A DNA stretch of 64,000 bases from Leptolyngbyaceae cyanobacterium (GTDB lineage: Bacteria > Cyanobacteriota > Cyanobacteriia > Phormidesmidales > Phormidesmidaceae): contig CBDHHL010000029.1 in NCBI GenBank assembly GCA_965263355.1, positions 1 to 64,000 on the forward strand. The letters are read 5' to 3'. This document shows, in pieces, positions 1 to 9,591 of the stretch. The notes beneath the pieces are model-generated. The model did no database searches. It was given only the letters and a program-made list of their open reading frames with translations, and was not told where the DNA came from. Both the position numbers and the translations under genes were made by a program. Position 1 is the first letter of the stretch, and each line of letters starts with the position of its first letter.

Positions 1-905
1 CCACCGGCAACGTGGTTATAGTGAGACTTCACCAGGTCGAACAGCTGATCAGCAATGACCAATGGTTTTGGTATAGAGCGACAGATGACAGGGAACCGGA
101 ATAGCCCTGATGTGGTAGAAAAGATCGGTTGATCCTCCACCTTCGCGTCAATAACTGCATTGCTCTCGCTTAGCGCTAGCAAATCTTTCCAGCCAAAGCT
201 AGGCATGCTACTGTAATCAACGACCTTGTCATCCTGAGAATTACGAACGGTATAGATTGAAGTCGTGATTTGTCCGTTACTCTCGCGTTGGTAAATCTGG
301 AATTCATGCAGCCGCACAGGCTTAGCGTCCCAAGACGGTCTCTCCTCTCGATACGTGTGAAGTTTGGCGTAAATTAAACCCTGGTTGTCACTTGCCCAGT
401 CCCATAATTCCTCGCGCCTTCTAAGCACGACATAGGCTGAATCTCCTCCATTGGCCTGTTGCTCTGCCAGAGTTTCCCCCTCAGCGTTGACAGTATCGAC
501 CTGGGCAATCATCTTCCCTTGCACTAGACCCTGTAGCATTTCTCTGATCAGCAGCGACTGCAGCGATTGCCTGGGGTCCGATTCCTCATCACTCAGTACG
601 CCATTAGGGAAAAACTCATCTTCCCAGAATGGATCAGTGCTGCCTTCATAACTGGCCTGATCCTGAGTAATCTGACTAACCAGCTTCATCAGGATTGAAC
701 CCATAATAGGCTCGTAGGGGGCTAGTCTGATCCGAGTGTTATAAACCTCGGGCTCTGCATCATCCGGGTTGATAAGCAACTTCTTTTTTACGTTGTCATC
801 GACCGCACATCCACCCTCCGCCAATGCAGACAGCAGCATCCATTGTTCTGCATATTTCTCATGCTCAGAATGACGTCGGACAAGTTGTTTAAGGGTGGGT
901 GGCAT
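1..905 (-). CDS. Probable portal protein, 3' end beyond window (absent from ORF track)
   Basis: Manually translated open frame from ATG 905 to the edge: MPPTLKQLVRRHSEHEKYAEQWMLLSALAEGG...YNTRIRLAPY; lies downstream of TerL; resembles DUF4055-type portal N-termini. Confidence 0.7.
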   Translation of the reverse strand, partial: MPPTLKQLVRRHSEHEKYAEQWMLLSALAEGGCAVDDNVKKKLLINPDDAEPEVYNTRIRLAPYEPIMGSILMKLVSQITQDQASYEGSTDPFWEDEFFPNGVLSDEESDPRQSLQSLLIREMLQGLVQGKMIAQVDTVNAEGETLAEQQANGGDSAYVVLRRREELWDWASDNQGLIYAKLHTYREERPSWDAKPVRLHEFQIYQRESNGQITTSIYTVRNSQDDKVVDYSSMPSFGWKDLLALSESNAVIDAKVEDQPIFSTTSGLFRFPVICRSIPKPLVIADQLFDLVKSHYNHVAG

Positions 906-909
906 AGTG

Positions 910-1278
910 TTAGGAGTATCCTTTGAACGGGTTGAATTGCTCTGTCGATAAAACATTGATTATCCCAAAGCCTTCAGAATTGTCGTCACTTACGATGAAT
1001 TGCACATAGTCGCACTCAAAGGCGTCGATAAGTGGGATAGTTTCGCGAATATTTTTTACCCATTGGTCGATATCTAGATGGTTGAACGTACCAATGGCAA
1101 TATTGGTTTCTGCCATTTTCCCATTGGCATACCATCCGTCTGGCAATGTATTGCTATCAATATGCGTTAACTTGCCAAAAGTTGGGCAGCATTCATTTAT
1201 CTTTTCTAAGATCTTTTCATTATTAAGATCATTTGCGCAAAGTCCGTATGCGCAAATCACCTCAGTTACTGCGCTCAT
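910..1278 (-). CDS. Hypothetical protein inserted between terL and portal
   Basis: ORF with GGGAGG RBS before ATG 1278. Confidence 0.6.
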   Translation of the reverse strand: MSAVTEVICAYGLCANDLNNEKILEKINECCPTFGKLTHIDSNTLPDGWYANGKMAETNIAIGTFNHLDIDQWVKNIRETIPLIDAFECDYVQFIVSDDNSEGFGIINVLSTEQFNPFKGYS

Positions 1279-1300
1279 TAAAGTACCTCCCCTTGATGGA

Positions 1301-2803
1301 TTAGCTGACAATTCCTTTCAGTCGTTGACGGGCTTCGCGTGGCCTGTTGGCTTGAGTGCCACGATACGGCCAAAGTGTATCAACCATGTATCGTAGCTCA
1401 TCCGCTAGGTGAGAGCGTAGCAAGTCTTTTTTGTCAATATCATTACCCTTCCACTTCAAGGACTCTAAGTCTTTGATCAACTCAGGGCAGGACTCGCCAT
1501 TAATAAATACTTTGCCCTGCTTAAATGCAATTTTGACTGAGTTAATACTATCTTGGACGCTTGGGTTAGAGCGCCCATAGCGCTTGATAGCCTTAATCCT
1601 ATACTCGCTAAAGGCAGACCAAACAATAGACCAATTTGACTGTCTGCTGTTGGCGGTGCGCTGATTCCCTGTTGCATCGCCATATACATAGACTGGCTGC
1701 TTATGCCCTTGCAACTCCATCCACTGGCAAACAGTCTCAGCAACCTGAAAAGTATCGGTATCTCGAATAAACCATTCTTTAAGAACCCTTAGTTCTTTAT
1801 CAATAAGCTGTGCTGCGATCGCCGTGCCTGGATCGTGGTTGAAGTCAAAGCTGATGTGTAACGCTTCTTTGGTGTTGTAACTGCACAGAACGGCATCTTC
1901 ACCAAACAGGGCATGAATAGAGCGATCAAACGTATTGAATATTCGCCCACTGGTGACGGTGGCATACTCACCAAGTATCTCTATACGGTAAAGCTCATCA
2001 GTTAATGCAGCGGCTTGAGCTTCGATATAATCATCGTCTAGGTGTACATTTTCAAACGTACTAAGCGGGATGCTGACGAATTTCTCAACTTGCTTTTCCC
2101 CTCGATTAGGAGCGTCAAACAAGTCATATGCCCAGTTATAAGGGTTGTTTTTGTTGATCGAGCTGGTAATCACCCCCAATCCTTTTAGCGTCCCAGCACT
2201 ACCACGGCCTAAGCGGGTATTTAGGGTATTAAAAGCACTGCCATCAGCATAGGCAAATTCATCAGCCCATGCCCATCTAATTTGCAACCCGCGACCTCTT
2301 TCTTGCGCTCTTTCTGTGGTTCCTGTAAATGCATCGGCACTGAGCACCAAGACAGGAGCTTCAAATATTGTGCATAATCGACTGGCCGCAATCCGTTTTG
2401 CGGTCCTATCAGGCCATTCTGGAGAATCCACTGGAATGTTGGCGCATGGGGAGAGAGGCACCTTGAACATCCGGCAAAACTCAGCTAGAGCTACTAAGGT
2501 AGAGGTTTCAAGCTGCCCATAACTGTTGGCGGTTATTAAACCCCGTGACTCTGGGTCTCCCAACGAACGCCCACAGGCAAACGCAGCGCCGATAAAACTT
2601 TTACCTGAACCCACCCCACCCCTTAGCCATAGCCATCGGGCATCAGGTGATTTTGGAGGATGTATACCTACCAGTGTGTCAAACTGCTGTTGTCCTCCTT
2701 GGTTGGGGGCGAATGCGTCGGGGAATGTGCAGGACTGCTTAAGAGATCTCCGTCTACGCCGCTCCCGTTCCGCTAGCGCTCGCTCTCTAAGTGTCGCCAT
2801 CAA
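1301..2803 (-). CDS. terL: Terminase large subunit
   Basis: Walker A GGVGSGKS, Walker B WAWADE, RNase H-like SFDFN / YGD / HLADELRY. Confidence 0.92.
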   Translation of the reverse strand: MMATLRERALAERERRRRRSLKQSCTFPDAFAPNQGGQQQFDTLVGIHPPKSPDARWLWLRGGVGSGKSFIGAAFACGRSLGDPESRGLITANSYGQLETSTLVALAEFCRMFKVPLSPCANIPVDSPEWPDRTAKRIAASRLCTIFEAPVLVLSADAFTGTTERAQERGRGLQIRWAWADEFAYADGSAFNTLNTRLGRGSAGTLKGLGVITSSINKNNPYNWAYDLFDAPNRGEKQVEKFVSIPLSTFENVHLDDDYIEAQAAALTDELYRIEILGEYATVTSGRIFNTFDRSIHALFGEDAVLCSYNTKEALHISFDFNHDPGTAIAAQLIDKELRVLKEWFIRDTDTFQVAETVCQWMELQGHKQPVYVYGDATGNQRTANSRQSNWSIVWSAFSEYRIKAIKRYGRSNPSVQDSINSVKIAFKQGKVFINGESCPELIKDLESLKWKGNDIDKKDLLRSHLADELRYMVDTLWPYRGTQANRPREARQRLKGIVS

Positions 2804-3311
2804 TAATTGCGTTTAATTCCGCGTCAGACATGCCCTTGAAATCTATTTCTGTTTTACTGGTGGCCATGCCTTCGATAATGCGCTGCATTTCTATGCCAAA
2901 CTTAGCGAATTCTAAAAGCTCTCGGGGCTTCATCTGTTTTGCCTTAGCAAAATTATTTAGCTGAAACTCCTTAATGCCCGCAGCGCCTATCCCGATCAAT
3001 GCTTTAGCGATCGCATTGTGTTGAGTAAGCATCTCGGCGGTGTCAATTATCTTGTCCGTCCGAGCAATCGCATCTTCGACGCTTAAACTTACTCTATCTC
3101 CCCCAACAGACTCTTTAGCTAATTCTTTTCTATACTGCTTCCTTAAGTCGGCCCAGCTCGGCTCATTGCTGTCTTTTGGGGGGCACGCTTTGTTCCTAAT
3201 TGTAGAGAATGCTGGCGCGCCATCCAGCTCAGATAAAGACTGAAAAGTAACCGAGTCATCCCCAGCTACATAAAGGCCTCGCCAATGTTCCCAGTCAACG
3301 CGTTTACCCAC
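2787..3311 (-). CDS. Probable terminase small subunit
   Basis: Directly upstream of and overlapping terL; N-terminal HTH-like region; C-terminal MSDAEL motif typical of TerS. Confidence 0.65.
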   Translation of the reverse strand: MGKRVDWEHWRGLYVAGDDSVTFQSLSELDGAPAFSTIRNKACPPKDSNEPSWADLRKQYRKELAKESVGGDRVSLSVEDAIARTDKIIDTAEMLTQHNAIAKALIGIGAAGIKEFQLNNFAKAKQMKPRELLEFAKFGIEMQRIIEGMATSKTEIDFKGMSDAELNAIIDGDT

Positions 3312-3367
3312 GGAAAGTATAAGAAAAGTACAGTACGATATGTCTAGAATCCTAGCAAATCGCCGTC

Positions 3368-4573
3368 ATGGTCACCACAGCAGCAGCCGACCTCCTTCAG
3401 TTATCCATAAACTATCTGCTTCTTTCTGAACTCTCAGAGAAGTTTCTGGAAGGCAATGCAAAGCGACATGATATTGGCGCTATTTCCACCTCAATTAAGC
3501 GCTATGGTTTTCGCGATCCACTAGCTATAGACGCTGCATTGAACAATGGCAAAGGTGGAGTTGTCGAGGGGAACGGCAGGCTAGAAGCGCTGCTGTGTCT
3601 GCGTCAACAAGGCGAGGTGCCACCAGCCTATATCAAGCTCACCGAATCAGGAGACTGGGCCGTGCCTTGCATCGTTGGGGGCAACAGTGCCACCGAAGCC
3701 GAAGGATTGGCATACAGCCTGGACCACAATAGCCTCACTATGGCGGGCGGAGATTTCACTGCGCTGGATATCTCTGGGCTATACAATCCTGCTGAGTATT
3801 TAGAGGTGCTTGAGCGATTAGCCCAGACTGATTCGTTGCCCGTAACAGTGGATGGGGATGATTTGGATTTGCTGATAGAGATGATTGGCAATGAAAATGG
3901 TCAGGACGATAGGGGCAGTGGTAGTGATGATGACAGTGAGTCAAACTCCGAACCCGAACCCAACGACATATTCCCGTCGTCCAACGACTGGGGCATCCCC
4001 GATCTAGATCTCAGCATGCAGCCTGATACGACAGATATTGACTGGCTAAAGTGGGGGGTTCAGCAGAGGACAGCCACGCATGACGGCGGCATTCACTTCT
4101 ACACTGACGACTATAAATTCAGCGCAGTATGGGATAAGCCCGACGACTTATTAGAGACTGGCTGCAGCGTAGTAATTGAGCAAAACTTCTCCACCTGGGC
4201 GAATATGCCACGAGCGTTAGCCATGACAGATATCTATAAAAAGCGATGGTTAGCCCGCTATTGGCAGCAGCATGGGGTTCGGCTGTGGGTGGATGTGAAC
4301 ACGTCGCCCCATCTGCACGATCTAAATTTCCTTGGAGTGCCAAAAGAATGGCGCTACTTTGCAACTCGATATCTTGCCAGCTTCGATGATGGCAACGTTG
4401 CCGGTTACGACGCAACTATGAAGGACTGGCAGGCGATTGTTGACTACACTGGAACAGATGAGTGTGTTTTGTTAGTCTATGGGGCAAGGCCAACAACATT
4501 TCAGGATGCGCCTAGTCAATGGATTTTGCAGTTAGAACACAGTGATTCTATAAGAGGGAACTACAGTGGGTAG
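3368..4573 (+). CDS. ParB/Srx-like N-terminal domain fused to DUF4417-like domain
   Basis: NAKRH..SIKRYGFRDP..VVEGNGRLEA (ParB-like), acidic linker, then GIHFYTDDYKF..W..P and RWLARYWQ (DUF4417-like). Confidence 0.65.
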   Translation: MVTTAAADLLQLSINYLLLSELSEKFLEGNAKRHDIGAISTSIKRYGFRDPLAIDAALNNGKGGVVEGNGRLEALLCLRQQGEVPPAYIKLTESGDWAVPCIVGGNSATEAEGLAYSLDHNSLTMAGGDFTALDISGLYNPAEYLEVLERLAQTDSLPVTVDGDDLDLLIEMIGNENGQDDRGSGSDDDSESNSEPEPNDIFPSSNDWGIPDLDLSMQPDTTDIDWLKWGVQQRTATHDGGIHFYTDDYKFSAVWDKPDDLLETGCSVVIEQNFSTWANMPRALAMTDIYKKRWLARYWQQHGVRLWVDVNTSPHLHDLNFLGVPKEWRYFATRYLASFDDGNVAGYDATMKDWQAIVDYTGTDECVLLVYGARPTTFQDAPSQWILQLEHSDSIRGNYSG

Positions 4574-5249
4574 AAGCAGTGGAGGAGGGGGTAGAAGTTC
4601 AGGTGGTGGTGGGGGTGTTAGTGATCCCGAAATCGAAGCAGCCAAAGAAGGATACAAGGATGAGTCTTCAGGTTCGAACTCGTCTGATGTCGGGAACCTG
4701 GTTAGCTATATAGATAATGGAGAGACCGACACAGGGAATGCCAAGGCAGACGCTGCAATGGTCGCTGCATTTCGTCGTGGCGAAGTAAACAATAACCCCG
4801 CATTAGTAATTGAAACAGGAATAGATCAGTACAAAGCTATTGATGCTCGTAGCGCAACTATCATTAAGTCAGCTGATGCAGCCGGGGTTAAATTTAATTC
4901 GATTATCGTCAAAAATGACCCCAAGCATATAAGCGCTGCCAGAGAAACTAATAGAATTCAAAGCAAAAATGTGTCTTTTAGGAAAAGGCAACCAAGGACC
5001 GCTCAAAATAATATTGGGAACCTGTCTAGCTTCTCAGGCTCAACATTTAATGGAGGGTCTACAAAAGGCTATTCGGAAAAAGACGTTAATAGAGCCGCAA
5101 AATCTGTCCTGAATAACAATAGTCGTGTTTGGGCTCCGGTTCATGTAAAGGCCACCGGGGCTGATAGTTATAAAGTTATTGGTTCCAGGTTCGGGCTTGA
5201 TGTAGCCGCAAAAGCTGGCGTTAAACCATGGTTTATTGAAGTGGAATAA
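4566..5249 (+). CDS. Gly/Ser-leader protein with two degenerate ParB-like repeats
   Basis: MGRSSGGGGR start; PALVIETGIDQYKAI..AAGVK and PVHVKATGADSYKVI..AKAGVK. Confidence 0.55.
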   Translation: MGRSSGGGGRSSGGGGGVSDPEIEAAKEGYKDESSGSNSSDVGNLVSYIDNGETDTGNAKADAAMVAAFRRGEVNNNPALVIETGIDQYKAIDARSATIIKSADAAGVKFNSIIVKNDPKHISAARETNRIQSKNVSFRKRQPRTAQNNIGNLSSFSGSTFNGGSTKGYSEKDVNRAAKSVLNNNSRVWAPVHVKATGADSYKVIGSRFGLDVAAKAGVKPWFIEVE

Positions 5250-5289
5250 AAGATGGGAAGAAAGATGTTTGTAACTAAAGTTGGCAATT

Positions 5290-5628
5290 ATGGGTAGAAG
5301 TTCAGGGGGTGGGGGTAGGACATCAGCAGCCTCAAGCTCACCAACAACAGTCACAAAAGCGTCAGTAGAGACCGCTTATAACAATCGCGTTCGTGGTTTA
5401 GACCCCAGGGTTGCAATTGCCGATATCAAGGAGGAACTCGGTGTCGAAAGCAACACTGAGCTGCATCGCACCCTGCGAGAATTGCAGCAAGATGGGAGGG
5501 TTTCACTTCGTGGGATTGAAGATCCTACAGAAATCACTCCTCGCATAAGGGCAGCGGCGATCGACCTCGGCGCTGATGATTTCGCTATTGGTGGGCGAGA
5601 TCTAAGAGTATTCGTTCTTTTTAGGTAG
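5290..5628 (+). CDS. Gly/Ser-leader protein with probable winged HTH
   Basis: MGRSSGGGGR start; RVAIADIKEELG..LHRTLRELQQDGRVSL. Confidence 0.5.
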   Translation: MGRSSGGGGRTSAASSSPTTVTKASVETAYNNRVRGLDPRVAIADIKEELGVESNTELHRTLRELQQDGRVSLRGIEDPTEITPRIRAAAIDLGADDFAIGGRDLRVFVLFR

Positions 5629-5826
5629 ATTTCGCTATCATCACAGCTTCACACCACTGCAAGGCTCTCATAAAGCTTGCTGAACCTTGGCTTAGCCCCT
5701 GTATAAAGTAAGGCTGAGTCAAGGTAAGTCTATGAAATTGCGTCATCGGGGGAGCGGGCGGTAGTCCCGAACGAGTCTTGCTGCCACTGAAGTATAGCTA
5801 TACTGTCCTTATGAGATATCAAGCTA

Positions 5827-6260
5827 TGCTCAAATATTTTTTGCCTACCATTCTGGCCCTTGGCGTTAGTAGTCCTGCGATCGCTAACCCTTTCTGCTAC
5901 ATGATCACAGACCAGGGAGAGCTAATCAACCTGGAAAGCATATGCAGCATCAGCGAGCCACAGCCAACTATCGCAGCAAGTGGCAGTAAGCCCCCAGCCA
6001 GGGAAGCAGAGTCCCCATCAACCCAGCCTATCGCATCATTCCAGGTCGTCCGCATCGCCCAGGATGGGAAAGCAGTTGGGCGAGTTACGTTCACCAGGGC
6101 AGCAGAGGAAGGGGCCACAGTTAATCCCTACGTGCTCCATCAAGATGGCCGTACATGGAGTGTTGGCACGGTCAGGCGCGAGCGTGGGCAGCGCAGAGTT
6201 GAGATAGAGTTTAGGCTGCCTGCGGGGACCAATACTAGCGAGGTTGAGGGCGGGGTTTAG
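5827..6260 (+). CDS. Secreted protein (moron-like)
   Basis: Signal peptide MLKYFLPTILALGVSSPAIA then CYM..G.LINL..IC, a motif seen in cyanobacterial exported proteins. Confidence 0.55.
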
Positions 6261-6284
6261 ATTGAGGCGAATTTCGTCATATTT

Positions 6285-6548
6285 CTAATCTCGATCAAGA
6301 AAATAATCAAGTGCCACATGCATAGCGCTGATATCCCGATGTTCCCTCCCGCTGTGAGCGTTCGCTATCAACAGGCTCACTATCTGAGGCTTGGTTAATC
6401 CGTCATGGGCGGAAGTACAGCCTTCCGCTGCTGCCAGAGCTAGCAAATCAGCCTTGCGGTACTTCTTAATCAACAACCTCTTGTTCTCAGCTGTTTCTCT
6501 GGTGGGGCCATGGTCTTTCTCGAAAAAGTATTCAGTATAGTTGCTCAT
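6285..6548 (-). CDS. Hypothetical phage protein
   Basis: ORF in a coupled leftward operon. Confidence 0.5.
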   Translation of the reverse strand: MSNYTEYFFEKDHGPTRETAENKRLLIKKYRKADLLALAAAEGCTSAHDGLTKPQIVSLLIANAHSGREHRDISAMHVALDYFLDRD

Positions 6549-6785
6549 GGTTTATTGCTATCATTGTCAATCCGATCCATCGCTAATAACCTCGCGGTTG
6601 TTTCCTCGACGAGCTGCAAACCGTATTCATTTAAGACGGCTTCAGCCCGCCATAGTTCAGTCGGCTCAGTCAGAAACCATAAGCCTCCAACGTCAATACC
6701 GCATTCAATTCCTCTTTGCTTCAGCTCGCCTAAAGCAGCGACGTCGTTCTGATAGTCGCCTGTTGCGTCGGCTTTATATATCTTT

Positions 6786-7226
6786 TCAGCCATCATTAAG
6801 TTCAAATACGAATCCGTCAACTGAAAATTCACCGTCACTCTCGATTGCCTTGTGCTTGATTAGCACGGGTTCTCTCGCTGACCCTGGTGCCAAATGAACG
6901 TAGTAAACGTACCATTCACCATCGCTATAGATAGCGTCAATCTGCCAAAGCCGACGCTTAAAGCAAGTGGCAGCTGCGTGGGTGATGCGGTCTTTTAACT
7001 CAGGTGTGTTATCCGTGGTCATATTGAGGAAAACTTCTTGAGCAAACCGCTCATTGAGCTTTTGAACCAACGCATCAGTCCGTTCTAGAACGGATTCGGC
7101 TATATCGTCAGGCTCATTGAGAAACCCAGTGCATGCATGCAATCCGTTAGCAACCTGACCAGCGAGGGCCAGATACTCCTCCCTGGTCACATCGTTTCTA
7201 TTCATTCCATTCTCCGTTATCAACAT
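6786..7226 (-). CDS. Hypothetical phage protein
   Basis: ORF in leftward operon; N-terminus (TREEYLA..LAGQ..) resembles the 42285-42584 ORF (TKREHFAGLAMQG). Confidence 0.5.
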   Translation of the reverse strand: MLITENGMNRNDVTREEYLALAGQVANGLHACTGFLNEPDDIAESVLERTDALVQKLNERFAQEVFLNMTTDNTPELKDRITHAAATCFKRRLWQIDAIYSDGEWYVYYVHLAPGSAREPVLIKHKAIESDGEFSVDGFVFELNDG

Positions 7227-7746
7227 AAAAGGCAGTTTAACGCCATACCTGGGGCGATTTGAAGACTCACATTAAGGCTACATTCGCTGTGAAGAGAAGC
7301 AAAAGGTAGCCAATGATGAAGAGATTATCCATTGGTTTATCCTCAAAGATTCTAGGCGGCATTGATAAGGCTCAACACCGCGAAAGCCCTTGCTGACTAC
7401 ATCTCAGCTCGCCAGGATGACACGCGATTATATAGCTCGGTGTGCCCGCTAATGGGTTCCCAGTTCGCCCTAACATGTGTCGCCTATTGCACCGAAGCGC
7501 TCAACGGGTATGCTTTGGGCTTGCTGTTCTTTTAGTTAGTCATTTTGTTTGTCCTCCCACCTTCGGCTTCTTTCGAACTTTACGACCGACACCGTTTGGT
7601 GTGGTACCGCGATGAGTAGGCGGTTACTTCCGCTATATCAGGGTGTGAACCCGTCGTTTATCTTGACTAACCCCAAGAGTTAAAATGCGTATCTCCCCTC
7701 GCCAGTGGCTTTGACTGCGGGGTTGCATCCCGTCTCTCACATTTCT

Positions 7747-7775
7747 AATATAGCGAATCTCTTTTTAAGTGTCAA
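7747..7775 (-). promoter_or_regulatory. Sigma70-type leftward promoter; its -35 is the left arm of the inverted repeat TGTCAA-N8-TTGACA (7770-7789)
   Basis: TTGACA-17bp-TATATT on minus strand. Confidence 0.7.
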
Positions 7776-7788
7776 GTAATTTATTGAC

Positions 7789-7829
7789 AAAAAAGAACCC
7801 CGCTAACCGGGGTGTAGTTAGCGGGGTTT
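7789..7829 (-). terminator. Rho-independent terminator
   Basis: AACCCCGCTAAC/GTTAGCGGGGTT stem followed by a U tract on the minus strand, right after the 7828-8160 ORF. Confidence 0.75.
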
Positions 7830-8160
7830 AGAGTCCTGCTTTTATCTTGTTCGCCAGTTGGTTTGCGAACCAATTGGACAAAACAATTGCTTTTTCTCCG
7901 TCTTGAACCAGCTCTTCTTTGATCTGAGATTTTGGAACCCATAACTCAGTACCGTGAGCATGCCCCGTCCAATTACCTCTAGAAGGAAGAAACCATGAAC
8001 CCTCAATCAATAAAGCCTTTTCAGTTTCCTTTTTAATTGACAGAACTTCACAACCGAATTTATCGCCAGAGCAAAGCAATTCAGTTACAGCGTCTACCCC
8101 AGGACCAGCGCTTAGTAAAGCGTTAACACTTTCGTCAGACAGGTTAGTAATATCAATCAT
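7828..8160 (-). CDS. Hypothetical phage protein
   Basis: AAGGAG RBS; ETEKALL..WVPKSQI motif common in small phage proteins. Confidence 0.65.
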   Translation of the reverse strand: MIDITNLSDESVNALLSAGPGVDAVTELLCSGDKFGCEVLSIKKETEKALLIEGSWFLPSRGNWTGHAHGTELWVPKSQIKEELVQDGEKAIVLSNWFANQLANKIKAGL

Positions 8161-8352
8161 AGCTGTTCTCCTTAGTTAGTTATGCTGCTCAGGCTTTTTC
8201 GGCTATGTCCTTTCGGGGGAGCCGGTACATGCCCTGCTTGCTTTGTTGCTAACAAGCATGCCTTTTTTATTTTCAGATGTCAAGTAATTGCTTGCCTATT
8301 TGCAAGATTAATTTTGCTTTGCTATAGTCCAGATGTAAATCATAAACTTGAC

Positions 8353-8619
8353 ATGAAATTAAGCGAATTTCTTGAGGCGTTGCCAAAAATGCTGATTGAA
8401 TGGAGGAAGAAAGAATTCCCGGTTTATTCAGACGCCGCGAGGGCGATAGGGTTGACCAGGCAAGGTTTTGCTGCCAAAGAGGCCAAGCTTCCCAACGCCC
8501 AATTTAGCTCAATAATAGAGTTTGCCTGTATGCTTGAAGAACAGGCCGGAACTAGTCCAGAAGTGATCATTATGCCAGTAAAAGGCTTTACACAAAAGAC
8601 TTCTGGCGATGTTGATTAG
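8353..8619 (+). CDS. Cro/XRE-like HTH regulator
   Basis: YSDAARAIGLTRQGFAAKE helix-turn-helix pattern; divergent from the leftward operon. Confidence 0.55.
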   Translation: MKLSEFLEALPKMLIEWRKKEFPVYSDAARAIGLTRQGFAAKEAKLPNAQFSSIIEFACMLEEQAGTSPEVIIMPVKGFTQKTSGDVD

Positions 8620-8670
8620 TTGCCCTGGACGCAACTAATCAAGAAAAGAAAAATACTTAGGAGAAAAACA

Positions 8671-8991
8671 ATGGCTATACATATCGGAAAGGTCTCAGGA
8701 AGATACTTCGAGTATTCAGAAGTTACGGACGCTCCTGCGTCTATACTCATGAGCCTGGAAGAATTCCAAGAATTCTATCTTGAAGAGTATGGCAGAGCCT
8801 CCATATGGAGCTTACAAGAAAGACTCGACCGTGCGGACCGTAAAGGCACGTCTTCAATGCTAGATGACTCTTTTGAGGGCATGATTTCGGGCAATCGATA
8901 CGGGGAAGGAGGGGCGTGTTTAAGCCCAGAAGCTTTTGTAGCTCGCTTAGAAAAGGAAACTCAGGAGCTTTTGGACCATGGACGCAGCTAG
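8671..8991 (+). CDS. Hypothetical phage protein
   Basis: AGGAG RBS before ATG 8671. Confidence 0.6.
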   Translation: MAIHIGKVSGRYFEYSEVTDAPASILMSLEEFQEFYLEEYGRASIWSLQERLDRADRKGTSSMLDDSFEGMISGNRYGEGGACLSPEAFVARLEKETQELLDHGRS

Positions 8992-9591
8992 TCAAGAAAA
9001 GAAAGAAGAACATTAAGGAGAGAAAAGGGCAAATAGTCACCTTGCGAATGACAAGCCTAGACGACCCAGCCAACTACTCTGATAGACGGGTAAAATTCTC
9101 AGGCGATAACACTTTTAACAATCCAGTAGGCGAACACGGCATTCCTAGTTGCTGGCATCTTAATTTCAGTGCCAACCAACTGAGTACGCGTTACTCAGGG
9201 CATGAATTCACACTGTGGGAATGCCGCGATCTCTCAACGCCAAAGCATGGATGGAGTTATGAGTAAAGTACTTCACCAAGGAAAGGTTTGGAGGGTGCTT
9301 AGCGTTCACTCAGGCGGGCTTGGGCTGGGTGGATGCGCCTAGTCGACCGTATAAGCCAAGCCAGGGAATCTTTCCAATATGAACTACCGCATAAACCGTC
9401 GAGTCTAAAAGCTTGGCGGTTTTTGTTTTTCACAAATGTCTTCCCTAACCCACCAGCACCCACCCTCAGGCTTCTCTACGAACAGATAACCAGGCATCGA
9501 CCATGGGGGAGGCTTCACCGTGCCATACCGTGGCCTAGGTTTACTGTTGGCTGATAATTGCGCTTCTGCAATTAATTGCTACAATGCAATT

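Noticed and set aside
5684..5725. Long G-U-containing hairpin after the tag-protein cluster
   Set aside because: Single hairpin with no U tract or other support; function cannot be assigned
7560..7745. tRNA gene
   Set aside because: T-loop-like hairpins are present but no cloverleaf could be built
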